Source: Psammoneis japonica (Eukaryota). Taken from it: DNA of 59,691 nucleotides. Positions 23,887-36,209 of the stretch are shown here, piece after piece (position 1 is the stretch's first letter; each line of letters starts with the position of its first letter). The notes under the pieces were generated by a model. That model had not been told where the DNA came from. It saw only the letters and a list, made by a program, of their open reading frames with translations, and made no database searches. The DNA is taken from the NCBI GenBank assembly GCA_008632985.1, contig QPGO01000154.1:124001-183691 (forward strand), in the 5' to 3' direction. The position numbers were made by a program, and so were the translations under genes.

Positions 23887-25854
23887 ATGACGACGACGTT
23901 GTTTACTGGCGTCGCTTCTGCGGCTTTGCTGCTGCTAAGTAGTACTATTACAACATGCTCTGGCTTTTACATTCCCGGAGTGGCGCCCTTGACGTTTGAG
24001 AGAGGCGCAGACGTGCCTATGAAGGTGAACGCCATGACGTCTATCCACACGCAAATCCCCAAGGATTATTACCGTCTCCCCTTTTGCAAGCCTGCCAATG
24101 GTCCGAAAATGGCGTCTGAGAATCTCGGAGAATTTCTGACTGGAAACAAGATTCAGAACTCACCGTATACCCTCAATATGCTCACAGAAGCCTACTGCAC
24201 CAAGCTCTGTCAGGTGGAACTCTCCAAGTACACGGCGGCCCAACTGGCCCTCCACATCAAGTACGGATACCACAACAACTGGATCATTGACAACCTCCCC
24301 TCTGCGTCTGTCGGACTAACTGCGGCGGGACAGAGACAGAAACACTACGCTGGAGGCTTTCCAATCGGTTTCATGGATACCAAAACTAAGGATGCCTATG
24401 TCTACAACCACGTCAATATCATTGTTGATTACCACCAAGTCGATCCTGCAGTGGAAGGATACCGTGTTGTCGGCTTCTCGGTGGAGCCCATGAGTATTCA
24501 CCACGAGTTCCAAGGCGGATACGAGTGGGACGGTGAGGAACCCGAGGGATTCTCCAAGAACTTGGAAACGTGCAGTCCGGGGCAGCACATGGTGCGCACC
24601 ATGATTACCGCCAATCAAGTTGTCAAGGCTGATGAAAAGATACTGTACACCTACGATGTGACCTGGAAGGAGAGTGATATTCCATGGGCGTCTCGTTGGG
24701 ATACCTACTTGAATGAAGATCATCTTGTTCCTGCTCAAGTGCACTGGTATTCCATTACCAACTCGATTCTCGTTGTGCTCTTCTTGTCGCTCTTGGTGGT
24801 TTCCATTCTAGTGCGAAACTTACGTCGTGACATTGCTGCCTACAACACCATTGCGGCTCTTGCCGATGAAGAGAATGACGAGGAAGTAGACGAGACGGGA
24901 TGGAAGTTGGTTCACGCGGACGTGTTCCGTCCTCCCTCGTCGTATCCCATGATGTACTGCGTCTTTGTGGGAACGGGTGTGCAGTTGGCTTTTACCGTGC
25001 TCTTGTCCATTATCTTTTCCGCCATTGGATTCTTATCACCGGCTCGCCGTGGCTCTCTCATGATTGCCTGTCTGGTCTTTTACATGCTTTGCGGTGTTGC
25101 TGCCGGAGCTGTGAGCAGTCGTCTCTACAAGTCCTTCCGCGGAAGGCAGTGGCAGCTCTGTACCGTCTTGACGGCAGTGGCCTTTCCGGGACTTACCTTT
25201 GGACTCTTTTTGTTTTTCAACATTATTCTCTTCTTCTTCCATTCTTCGGCGTCGGTGCCATTTTTGGATATCATTATTTTGGTGGCCATGTGGGGATGTG
25301 TCTCGATTCCTCTTGTCTTTTTGGGAGCCTACTTTGGATACAAGGCGGAACCCATTTCCTTTCCCACCGTCACGTCTACGATTGCTCGGGCCATTCCAGA
25401 GCCGCAGCCTCTTTTGCATCCCATGGTGGGCATGACGGTTACCGGGCTTGTTCCCTTTGCCGCCGCCTATGTCGAGCTCTTCTTCATCATGACGTCCTTG
25501 TGGATGGACCAATTCTACTACGTGTTTGGGTTTACGCTCATTGTCTACATGATTCTTGTCATTACGTGCGCTGAAGTCACAGTCTTGCTGGTTTATTACC
25601 AATTGTGCGCTGAGAATCACAGGTGGTGGTGGTTTGCCTTTTTTGCGTCGGGCAGCACGGGATTGTACACCTTTTTGTACAGTTTCTTATGGTTCCGCAG
25701 TTTGGAGGCATCACGAATGCTCATAACGTATCTCTTGTACTTTGGGTACATGTTTCTCATATCGACCGCTCTGGCATTGGTTTGCGGAATGGTGGGAGCA
25801 CTTTCGTCGCTCTGGTTTGTACGCAAGATTTTCTCCAGCATCAAAGTGGATTAA
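23887..25854 (+). CDS. Transmembrane 9 superfamily (EMP70/nonaspanin) protein, intact copy
   Basis: Signal peptide followed by FYIPGVAP, ENLGEFL, ETGWKLVHADVFRPP, ENHRWWW and a C-terminal IKVD. Confidence 0.95.
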   Translation: MTTTLFTGVASAALLLLSSTITTCSGFYIPGVAPLTFERGADVPMKVNAMTSIHTQIPKDYYRLPFCKPANGPKMASENLGEFLTGNKIQNSPYTLNMLTEAYCTKLCQVELSKYTAAQLALHIKYGYHNNWIIDNLPSASVGLTAAGQRQKHYAGGFPIGFMDTKTKDAYVYNHVNIIVDYHQVDPAVEGYRVVGFSVEPMSIHHEFQGGYEWDGEEPEGFSKNLETCSPGQHMVRTMITANQVVKADEKILYTYDVTWKESDIPWASRWDTYLNEDHLVPAQVHWYSITNSILVVLFLSLLVVSILVRNLRRDIAAYNTIAALADEENDEEVDETGWKLVHADVFRPPSSYPMMYCVFVGTGVQLAFTVLLSIIFSAIGFLSPARRGSLMIACLVFYMLCGVAAGAVSSRLYKSFRGRQWQLCTVLTAVAFPGLTFGLFLFFNIILFFFHSSASVPFLDIIILVAMWGCVSIPLVFLGAYFGYKAEPISFPTVTSTIARAIPEPQPLLHPMVGMTVTGLVPFAAAYVELFFIMTSLWMDQFYYVFGFTLIVYMILVITCAEVTVLLVYYQLCAENHRWWWFAFFASGSTGLYTFLYSFLWFRSLEASRMLITYLLYFGYMFLISTALALVCGMVGALSSLWFVRKIFSSIKVD

Positions 25855-26477
25855 TAAGCAGAGATTTGAGTATCTCTACTAGGGCTAGAGTTGTTGGGAT
25901 TACGATAAGGTGTAAAGCACAAGAAACTAGCCATGCATGTTATCCAATGAAGAGTGTTTGTTTTATTCTCCTGGTTAAAAGAGCAGCGAGGTTAGAGCGT
26001 ACATTGTGTGCAAAAGAAGAAGAGCAAGTGGGTTGATGGAACAAGACAACAACGTTGTTGAGCGCACACTACCTCCAAGTGCCAAAGTAGATGCCATGTG
26101 CCATCCACACTGGCAAAACCCCCACAAAGGTGACAAGTGCATCAGCAGTTGAAAACAGTGCAGGAAGCTCCCACTGCCTGTGACCCCAAAGTGGCAAAGA
26201 AGAGCGAGCAAATGCAAGAGCTTGTGACTCAATGCAAGGCAGCTGAGATTTGGCAAGGTGGTGTGGCTGCAGCAACAGCCAGTGAGTTGACTTGTGATTC
26301 AACCAGTGACAGCCAATGTTTGGCAGTGTGCATTGTTGTCACAGCAACAGCCAGTGAGTGGACTTGCAAAGCCTCAAAGTGGCAATGGTGTGAATGTGGC
26401 CTTTGCACATGGAGCAACTGCCATGACACACACAATGGCATCTTGTGTGTTGTTGACCTTCAAGCAACAATGCAACC

Positions 26478-26970
26478 AAGTTGTTTGTCAACAAACAAGA
26501 AGAAAGCAGTGGCACCAACGTCAAACATTCTTGCAAAGCCAAGGTTGCAGATCCACCAGCTGTGCTGCCAGGGAACAACAGGCCAAAGCATCAAATGAAA
26601 AGCACAGCTTGGTGAAAAAGAAGCCCAGCTGCAGCAAGTTTCCATGTTGCTGAAGAGGTGGAGAATGCTGTGGAGGAAAAAACTTGGTGTGCTCATGAGT
26701 TTGCCAACATCGTGCACAAACTTGCAAACAAGCCAACAAGCAGCAGCCCACCAGCCCAACAAAAGAGGATGTTGATCATCTCAGACACAGCTGCTGTGGT
26801 TGAGCCCCATTCTCACAACCACAGCATGTGTGTGACAAGTCATGGTGCCAGCAAAATGTTGGGCAAAACATTTCAGAAAAAGACAGCCAAAGCTGTGGTG
26901 AAAATTTGACAAGGTGCAGAGAAGGGTGAGGAAATGTGAGAGGTGAAAGCAGTTCTTGTTTTTTGTCATT
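26478..26970 (+). repeat. Dispersed repeat, homologous to about 36665-37170
   Basis: Shared blocks such as CAAGTTGTTTGTCAACAAACAA, GCAAAGCCAAGGTTGCAGATCCAC and AAGTCATGGTGCCAGCAAAA. Many differences are TG/CA swaps. Confidence 0.85.
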
Positions 26971-26977
26971 TCTCACA

Positions 26978-27177
26978 GAGTCAAAAAGGTTGGTCTGAAC
27001 CAGTGTTTTCTTGTCAGTCAAAAAGGTTGGTCTGAACCAACCTTTTCAAGTGAGTCTAAAAGGCTGGTCTGCTGAACCAAACCTTTTCAAGTGAGTCAAA
27101 AAGGTTTGGTCTGACCAACTTTTTCTTGTCAGTCAAAAAGGTTCCAACCGACATTTTGGGTGAGTCAAAAAGGTTGG
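26978..27177. repeat. Tandem array of about 6 units (about 32-41 bp) starting AGTCAAAAAGGTT, with internal dyad symmetry
   Basis: Repeated AGTCAAAAAGGTTGGTCTGAACCA. One unit reads AAAAGGTTGGT-CTGA-ACCAACCTTTT. Confidence 0.85.
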
Positions 27178-27179
27178 CA

Positions 27180-27438
27180 TGAGCAGGCCAACAGCTGCAA
27201 GGGGTCATCACACATCAGGGGAAGAAGGCAGAGAGATCAGGGTCATTGTCCAGCCACTCAAAGTTTTGTGGCAAGAGGTTGGCGTCATGCTGGGATTTCT
27301 TGTGTGTGATTCCCCAGTCCTTGGCATGGCAGAGGTGCCAAGCAATCCATTTCAGGGTGGAGCAGTGGATGTTGGTGGGGGCAGCAGAGAGCTTCAAGAG
27401 TGCTGTGATGGGGCATCCAACAACTGGGTGGCATGCCA

Positions 27439-27513
<75 letters not shown>

Positions 27514-29800
27514 ATTCACTGAGGATGGCATGGCAACCAAAATGCACTTTTTGGTGAGGTCGGCAGCTTCAGGTGTTCCTTCCAATGGTCCTTCATGGTG
27601 GACCAGTTCTTCTGTGCAATCAACTGGGATCAGGGTGACCTTGCAGCCCTCATTGTCAGTTTCCTTTGGTGAAAGGGATTCCCATCTGCGGGTCTTCAAC
27701 ATGCATGCAATGCATGCTCAGCAGTTGATGGTGGTGGAGTTGTCATTTTGGACGACGTCAAGTCTGTTGAAACTGGTGCACAGGCAGAGGTGCTTGAACA
27801 GCGAGGTCAGTTCATTCTCTGGCTGAAGTTGCATTTCCCAAGTGTGCTCATGGACTTCAATGTCAACGTCTTCCACTGGGGTGACAAGTGCAAAGTTGTC
27901 AACTTGTGGCAGGAGAATCAATTTGATTCCCTTGCAGACACTGGAGTGCACACATTTGTCATGCAGGGTGTTCTGGAAAATGAGCCTGGCATCACAACGC
28001 ATCAAGCTGATGTGCTTTCCTCCCAGTGCACCACTTTCAGGGTGTCTTTGAAGGGCACAGAGGAGTGGCAAGACATGGGATGGGCTCAAGGTCTTCCAAA
28101 AATTGCTCTGGTGCCATTCACAGCATGCATCATTGGTTGAGACACAAACTGGAGAGCTGAACAGAAGGGAACGGGTTTGTGCATCTTGTGTGTCACTGCC
28201 ACAGATCCAACAGCACGTGCCAGTGCTGAGCACAATGAGCTTGCATTGTGTCACCTGTTCCACACAGGAAGAACATGTCAAGGCAAGTTCACAGAGTGCA
28301 GGTGCTGCCTTTTGTGAGCCATTGCCACATTGTCAGCCAGGATTGCTGTTCTCCAGCTGTTCTCACATTTGATGTTGCCAGCGGGGTTGCAGGACAGTGA
28401 CACCCTGGGATGAGATTGAGGGGGTCCACACAGGCTAAGGGCATGGAACTGATTGAGTTGCTTGTGCTTCCCTCCTTCCCATTCTGGCCAAGTGGACAGC
28501 TTTTGCAATCAAGTGTGGGTGAGTTGGTCAAGCTCAGCTTCTTTGTGAGTCATGTCATCACACAAGAACATTGCACTGAGGTGTTTGCAGAATGCACCAG
28601 CAGGGATTGTGTTTTCCAAGAAGTCATTTTTGGGGCAGATGATTGATGCCATCTCATGCACCTCACCAAGGGAGACATCAGGTGTGTGTTCATTCAGCCA
28701 GTTGGCCTTGGGTGCAAATCTCTGGTGTTCATCCAACACACATTGCAACTGTTGGAAGTCAGTGTGGCATTCAGGGGCAAAAGTGATTTCACAACTTGGG
28801 ATGTCTTCTTGGAACACCTTTTGCAAGTCTTTCTTGGCATTGTCCACAGTGAATGCTTTGTGCAATTGGGGCAGCAAAAGGGTTGGCATGTGACTGAAAC
28901 TGTGGCACAGCAGTTTCTGTCATTTCTGAGGGGAGTGGCATGCCTTGCTTGACTTCAACTCTTTGGAGTGGTGGATGAGGGTGTGTGTGTGGGCAGGGGG
29001 GGGGGGGAGAGATGGTTGAGGGGCATGTTGTTCACCCCTTGCATTGCACATGCTTCATTTGCTTCACTTCAACTTTGTTGGCTGTGGGGTCCCACCATGG
29101 ATGTTCTTGGTTGTGCCAGGGAGACACCCAAGGAGCAAAGCACACCTTTCTTTGAGTGTGTCTTGAGCTCTGCCTTGCGGTGGCTCCTGGGGGGGTGAAT
29201 CCATGCTCGGCATCCAAAAGTGCATGGTGCATGGAGATTTTCTTGTTTTCCAGCAGCTTTTGTGACCGGGGTGACATCTTGGTCTCAGGATGGCGTGGCA
29301 TTCTTGACACATGTGAAGTGATCAAGCACACATGGCCAAAAAGAAATTCGAGAGGTTGGCTCCAACGAGGAGCATGCAGACTCCGTTTTTGACCATGAGA
29401 TGTGAGCATTCAACTGGGCCACACTGGTTGGAGACTCCAACACCAGAAAGGCACAAGTCACAATCAAATTTGTCTTCAAAAAGTTGGCAAACCTTGGGGT
29501 TTATGTTGTGCAGTTCTCCACCTTGATCCAGCACAAACACACATTTGTCATGACACTTTGGGGAGCACCCATGCAAGAATTGCCAAATCCAATTTGACAG
29601 GCTTTTTTTGTGAGCTGTGGGTGACACCATGGAGCATGCATGAGCAATGATCATGTGTTCTTGTTGTCTGTCACATTTTTCCTTTCATCTTTCATGCCAG
29701 CACAGTCCACAGCATGTTCCATGTCTGCTGATGACTGTCCAGCAAAAGCAAAAGCAATGGCAAGTCATTGGTGGGGTTGTGTCATCACATGCAAGAGAAG
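27180..29800 (-). mobile_element. Old degraded Ty1/copia pol remnant (integrase and RT)
   Basis: FVLDQGGELH...SNQCGPVECSH (IN), LSTWPEWEGGKHKQLNQF, ALQRHPESGAL, LPQVDNFAL (RQVDDF-type RT) and HAKDWGITH. It has many frameshifts and uncertain boundaries. Confidence 0.8.
27442..27511. repeat. (GT)35 microsatellite inside the copia RT remnant
   Basis: Perfect dinucleotide run. Confidence 0.97.
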
Positions 29801-30000
29801 GTGGGCAAACAGAGAACAAATGACAAGATGAGGCCCTCTGCCTGTTTCCCTTGTTGTTCTTGGCAGATGATTGGTGGTGATGGGAAGAGCTGCGGCAACC
29901 CAAAATGGTCCAACAATGATGGGGCCTTTGCTCCACTGATTGTTGCATTTCATGCATTCCACTGTGCACTGTGTTTGGTGTTGCTCTTCATTTTTCCTCT

Positions 30001-30102
30001 GTTGTTGTTGTTGTTGTTGTCGTCGTCGTCGTTGTTGTTGTCGTTGTTGTTGTCGTTGTCATTGTCATTGTTGTTGTCATTGTTGTTGTCATTGTTGTTG
30101 TT
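30001..30102. repeat. Compound (GTT/GTC/ATT)n trinucleotide repeat
   Basis: Visible directly in the sequence. Confidence 0.95.
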
Positions 30103-32050
30103 GATGTGCGGGGAGTTGTCACTCCATGCACAACAACACACACCTGCCAGTCTGTGCCGTTGGGGAAAGGGCGTGTCATTGTGCCAACAACTGAATTTGG
30201 ATGATCTCCACAAGACAGTCAGCTTTGGTGTGTGGCTGCTCTGCTTTGCTCTTTCTGACCAATTGCATCAGAGCATGAGCACTCCCTCTGCACAGCTTGA
30301 CAGCTTTGCTGCTGGGGGTTGTTTGCAGTGCTGGGTGGGGGTCTCTTGCAGTGCTGTGAAAGAAAGTTCAGCTGAGCTGGCCTCCGTGCCACTTTTTTCT
30401 TGCTTGCCGTTGTGCCCATCAGAGAAAATCTTTTGTCTCCTTCAAATGAGCTGAGATTGTTTTCTTTGACTGATGCAGTGTGGCTTCACAACATTTTGTG
30501 TCCTTCACAACTGCCCCCCTTTGATCATTGTGCTCTCTCACAATTTTTTAGCACTCATGCAGTTTTGGACTGTCCACATGCATGTCCCTCTCTTGCTGGC
30601 TTTTTTAAAACTGAGACTTCCATGAGCCATGGCCAGCTGGTCTGGGACAGAGCTGGTGCCATCTTGTCTGTGGCCTCCACTGTCATGGTGCAACCAGCCA
30701 GTGTGAGCCTCGCTGCAGCTTCTCCTGAGTCAACCCCTTTTGTCCCTCCCCTTTTGTTTCTGTTTGCAAAAATTTGGTTTGATCCACCCAGATTTGCCCC
30801 TGCAGAGCCTCTTTGGCTTTGTCTGGAACCTGTGGAAAGAATCAGCCACTCTGACTCTGCAAAATTTGGCAGAGCCTCTGCTGAGTTCTGCACCACTTCT
30901 TGACTCAACAATGACTCACATCTTTCACAAAGTTTTGGTTTTGTTTTTTCTTTGCAAGCTGGCCATCTTCTGCCATTGTCTCCTTCATTCAACCATGGCT
31001 GCCAACATCCTTGCTGCAATCAAGCACCAAAGGAAACATCTTTTAAGATGTTGGGGTCTTCAATGCCAACTGCTTGCTCAACCAAGCAACCCTCTGTCTC
31101 TGCTGTGGTGCTGGCGCCAACATCATTGACCCTGTTGAGTGGGAAATTTGACTGTCCTCTTGATGTCTGTGTTGTGCTCATTGTTGAACCAGAGCTCCCT
31201 CTGTTGACAGTGGAACAAGCTCAAGAAGTGTGCTGCAAGCTTTGTGGACACAGTTGCCAAAATGACCCCAATGACAGATCTGTCTCCATTTTTGTCTCAC
31301 CCAAGTGTGGGCCACCACATTCAAGCTCCCACATGACATGCCAAGGTTGTTTCTGATGATGTCAAAGGGACAACCCTCGCTGATGGTGTGAAAACTGGTT
31401 GGCGTCTCTCATGCACCTTCACACTGGCACACTGGCATGCCAGCAGCCGCTGTTGAGCAAAGCCAGTTGTTGCAAGAGCCTTGCTTCCTGTGAATTTTCC
31501 ACCCCCCACGGGATTCTTTGTTGGTTGGAGTTCATCCCAGGACAAGGTGATTGCCTTTTATGGTGGTGTCCAACTTTCCTGCCTCATTCTTTTGCTTGGG
31601 AGCAGCCGGCTCTGTGTCATCCAGCATGATGCGGGCTGCTCTCTCAGCAAAGGAAAAGGCCTTTTTTTGACCAAGCTGCTGGAGGTCTTCAGGTCATCAA
31701 CATTTTTGTGGGTTGCAGTTTTTGCAACTTTGACAACAACAATTTCCAGGCCATTGCACCTTTCTCAGACAAGTGGTGCCTTTGTGTGTCCAAGATCCAT
31801 GCCACCAGGGAGAATTTTTTTGACAGGGAGAATTTTTTGACAGCACTTTACAGGGGTGCTGGGCACACACCCCACTGCCACCACACCCCCAGCCCAGCTC
31901 TGCCAACAAGAACAGCAGTGGCACTCCTCTGCTGGGAGGTGCTGCTGCTCAAGCTCCCATCATGGTCTGTGTCTGTGCTTTGGAAACCAAGAAGGAAAAG
32001 GGCCTCAAGGAGAAGGCAGACTTTGTGCATTTCAAAATCTTGCCTGCTTT

Positions 32051-32220
32051 GCACAAAGGTGCACAGCGGCCCATCTGCTCAAAATCAATCACCACCCAAT
32101 CACTTTGCATGGCTCCTGGGCACTGTTCCAATGATGCACAAAGGTGCACAGCAGCCCATCTGCCCAAAATCAATCACCGCCCAGTCACTTTGCATGGCTC
32201 CTGGCACTGCTCCAATGATG
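32051..32220. repeat. Two-copy tandem direct repeat of about 85 bp
   Basis: GCACAAAGGTGCACAGC...CACTTTGCATGGCTCCTGG...CCAATGATG occurs twice. Confidence 0.85.
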
Positions 32221-34175
32221 AGGTTGCAACTCAAGACCATCAACGGCAAAATGGCACCTGTCTCTGCCATGCTCACTTCAAAGATGATCAGCCTGATGCC
32301 ATCAAGCAACAGCCCCCATCCCACAACTGATGTGCACAACTTCTGGCAATGTGGTGAAAAAAGCAAGCATGCCGAGTTGCAATTGTGCATGTTGCAGTGT
32401 GGTGGCACATGTTTTTGGTGTTTTGGTGGCATTGGCCTCTCCTTGTCTTGCCCCCAGTGTTCCATTTTGTCTCATGTTCTGTGGCAAAGTGGCCACGTGG
32501 AAAGCGTGAAGAGTCATGACCTCTCAGTGTGCTGAACAAAGCAGGAAAACCAGGCACACAGTCGGAGCTGGTGTGTGCACACACAGAGTGGATTTGTGCA
32601 ATTTTCTCCCACTGGTGGTGCCAGTGTCATTTGGTTGTTAAAACCCTGTTTTGGCACATGTCATTGCATCCTGACTCTTGCTTTGCCTTGCCCACAGGGG
32701 GGAAGCTGGGGCGGCCTTGCCAGCAGTTCCCTCATCTGCGCCAGCCCAGTGGTGCAACAAACAACTGAGGGGCACACTGGCAAATTTGTGCCACAGCTCA
32801 TGTGACCACATGGCAGCTCTTTTTGTCTGTTTTGTGGCCTCACCAGTTTTTCGTTGAGTGGGGACAGCAGGAGCTGGTGGAGGATCTGCTGTCTCTCTTG
32901 AGATCCAAAATGGCCCACTTGGACAGCAAGGTGCAGCTGGGAACCTGGTGTTGTCCACTGCAATCATGGGCAAACACCACACAAAGCAGAGACAAGACAG
33001 CCAAAACCCAAAATCCAGTTTACAAAAACTTCCACATCACTCTCCCACTTGCTCTCTCTCTTGCTCTTGCACACACACGCACACTCACAACAAAACTTTG
33101 ACATCACTTGCCCAGGGTGGTCAGCGAAACATGACTCCTTCAGGGATGAATCCACTTGTGTGTCCCCCCCCGCCCTGACCCCAGCTGGGGACAGACAGGC
33201 AAGACACATGACAAAGATGACGCTGATGAGACATTTTATGAAAATTGCATGGATGCTGCAAAGTCTTCATTTGCCGGAGATGAGTGTCCAAAGGAAGCCC
33301 AAAAAGCACACAGGATGCACCCCAATTGCAGGTGGGAATCCGCACAACATTGGGCCTGCAGAATTCCACATGCATGCTCTGCATTGAAGTTGTCAGGTGA
33401 TGAACACATCTGTGATTGCCAACAGAAAAAGAGGCAATTTTGTGAGGGCACAAATCTCCCATGATTGAAGTGCATCATTTTTTGCTTGGCCCAGTCACGT
33501 CCAGTCTGCCAAGGACCTCAATTGAGGCAAAAACCCAGCGGAGGATGGCACAAATTGTGTGGAATTTGACAGAGCAAGCCAAGATGCTGCCTCAAATTTT
33601 CAGGCACTGAAAGCCATTTTTGCGAGGGCAGGCATTTGCATGGCTGAACTCCACACACTCCAAGACATGGGCTCCACACACGCTGTGCACTGTCGCTGTG
33701 GAGTCGCTGCACTCAAATCGTCAGGATTTGGCAGCTGTTTGATGGCTCTGGCAGGACACCCACGCAGAACCTGTGCAGCCCTCAATTGAGGAAAAATCTG
33801 GGAGGCTGGACAGCTGTGCGCTCCCCAGATGTTGAAGAACGCACAAGGTGCACAGCTGTTCCCAAAAATGTGCGCCAAACAAAACATCCAAGGCTCTGCA
33901 AAACAGGGAGTGTGGAGCAATTTTTTGGAAGATCAGACGTGGAAATATGTGCACGAAAAACATGCGATGGATGATGAAAAACAAAATGTGTCACACACGT
34001 CAGTGCTGCGAGCTCCCACCTCTGGGACTGACAAATGCGACAGTAAAATCATGATTGTTGCAAAGCGTCCAATTTTGTTTTTAGTCACGAATTGGCGGGA
34101 CTCAAGGGAGTGTCCCTTCAGTCCCGCCAAAAATTGCGACTCGTGACTCGTGACACGAACAATTCTCTTTTCACC

Positions 34176-36023
34176 ATGACGCCGGGATGATGGTTTGCTC
34201 GCGTCGCTTCTGCGGCCGCACTGCTGCTAAGTAGTGCTATCACATCATGCTCTGGCTTTTTCAATCCCGGTGTGGCACCCTCGACCTTTCAGAAAGGCGA
34301 CGACGTTCCCCTGAAGGTAAACGCCGTGACATCCATCCACACTCAAAACCCAAAGGATCAACACCTTCTTCCCTTTTGCAAGCTTTCCAATGGTCCCAAA
34401 ATGGCGTCGGAGAATCTCGGAGAGCTCTTAACTGGAAATAAAATCCAGAGCTCGCCGTATTCCATCAAAATGCTGACTGAAGCGTACTGCGTCAAGCTCT
34501 GTCAGACAGAAACACTACGCTGGAGGATTTCCTATTGGTTTCATGGATACCAAAACCAGGGATGCCTATGTCTACAACCATGTCAATATCATTGTTGATT
34601 ACCACCAAGTCGATCCTGAAGTGGAGGGATACCTTGTTGTCGGCTTCTCGGTCGAGCCCATCAGTATTCACCACGAGTTTCGAGGCGGATACGAGTGGGA
34701 CGGTGAGCAGCCCGAGGGATTCTCCAAGAACTTGGACACGTGCAGTCCCGGACAGCACATGGTGCGCACCATGATTACCGCCAACCAAGTTGTCAAGGCT
34801 GATGAAAAGATACTGTAACCTTCGATGTGACCTGGAAGGAGAGTGATATTCCATGGGCATCTCGCTGGGATACCTACTTGAATGAAGATCATCTTGTTCC
34901 TGCCCAAGTGCACTGGTATTCCATTACCAACTCGATTCTCGTTGTGTTGTTCTTGTCGCTCTTGGTGGTTTCCATTCTAGTGCGAAACTTACGTCGTGAC
35001 ATTGCTGCCTACAACACCATTGCGGCTCTTGCCGATGAAGAGAATGACGAGGAAGTGGACGAGACCGGATGGAAATTGGTTCACGCGGACGTGTTCCGTC
35101 CTCCCTCTTCGTATCCCATGATGTACTGCGTCTTTGTGGGAACGGGTGTGCAGTTGGCTTTTACCGTGCTCTTGTCCATTATCTTTTCCGCCATTGGATT
35201 CTTATCACCGGCTCGCCGTGGCTCTCTCATGATTGCCTGTCTGGTCTTTTACATGCTTCGTGGTGTTGCTGCCGGAGCTGTGAGCAGCCGTCTCTACAAG
35301 TCCTTCCGCGGAAGGCAGTGGCAGCTCTGTACCGTCTTGACGGCAGTGGCCTTTCCGGGACTTACCTTTGGACTCTTTTTGTTTTTCAACATTATTCTCT
35401 TCTTCTTCCATTCTTCGGCGTCTGTGCCATTTTTGGATATCATTATTTCGGTGGCCATGTGGGGATGTGTCTCGATTCCTCTCTTCTTTTTGGGAGCCTA
35501 CTTTGGATACAAGGCGGAACCCATTTCCTTTCCTACCGTCACGTCTACGATTGCTCGGGCCATTCCAGAGCCGCAGCCTCTCTTGCATCCCATGGTCGGC
35601 ATGATGGTTACCGGGCTTGTGCCATTTGCCGCCGCCTTTGTCGAGCTGTTCTTCATCATGACGTCCTTGTGGATGGACCAATTCTACTACGTGTTTGGGT
35701 TTACGCTCATTGTCTACATGATTCTTGTCATTACGCGCGCTGAAGTCACAGTCTTGCGGGTTTATTACCAACTGTGCGCTGAGAATCACAGGTGGTGGTG
35801 GTTTGCCTTTTATGCATCGGGCAGCACGGGATTGTACACTTTTGTCTACAGTTTCTTTTGGTTCAAGAGTTTGGAGGCTTCACGAATGCTCATGACTTAT
35901 CTCTTGTATTCTGGGTACATGTTTCTCATTTCGACCGCTCTGGCATTGGTTTGCGGAATGGTGGGAGCACTTTCTTCTCTCTGGTTTGCACGCAAGATTT
36001 TCTCCAGCATCAAAGTGGATTAA
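34176..36023 (+). pseudogene. TM9SF duplicate (copy 2), frameshifted pseudogene
   Basis: Near-identical to 23887-25854 over the 3' three-quarters, with homology continuing to about 36205. It has a disrupted 5' end, lacks the 122-bp segment 24214-24335 and has an indel with a stop at about 34816. Confidence 0.9.
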
Positions 36024-36209
36024 TAAGCAGAGATTTGAGTATCTCTACTAGGGCTAGAGTTGTTGGGATTACGATAAGGTGTAAAGCACAAGAAACTAGC
36101 CATGCATGTTATCCAATGAAGAGTGTTTGTTTTATTATCCTGGTTAAAAGAGCAGCGAGGGTGGAGCGTACATTGTGTGCAAAAGAAGAAGAGTAAGTGG
36201 GTTGAAGAT

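Larger units (their letters stand above)
26090..34080. other. Block depleted of both TpA and CpG (TG/CA-saturated old repeat DNA)
   Basis: Both TA and CG are rare. The sequence is dominated by TG, CA and TGCA. Confidence 0.8.

Noticed and set aside
26978..27177. CRISPR-like array
   Set aside because: Inter-repeat segments are short and similar to each other, the context is eukaryotic, and there are no cas genes.
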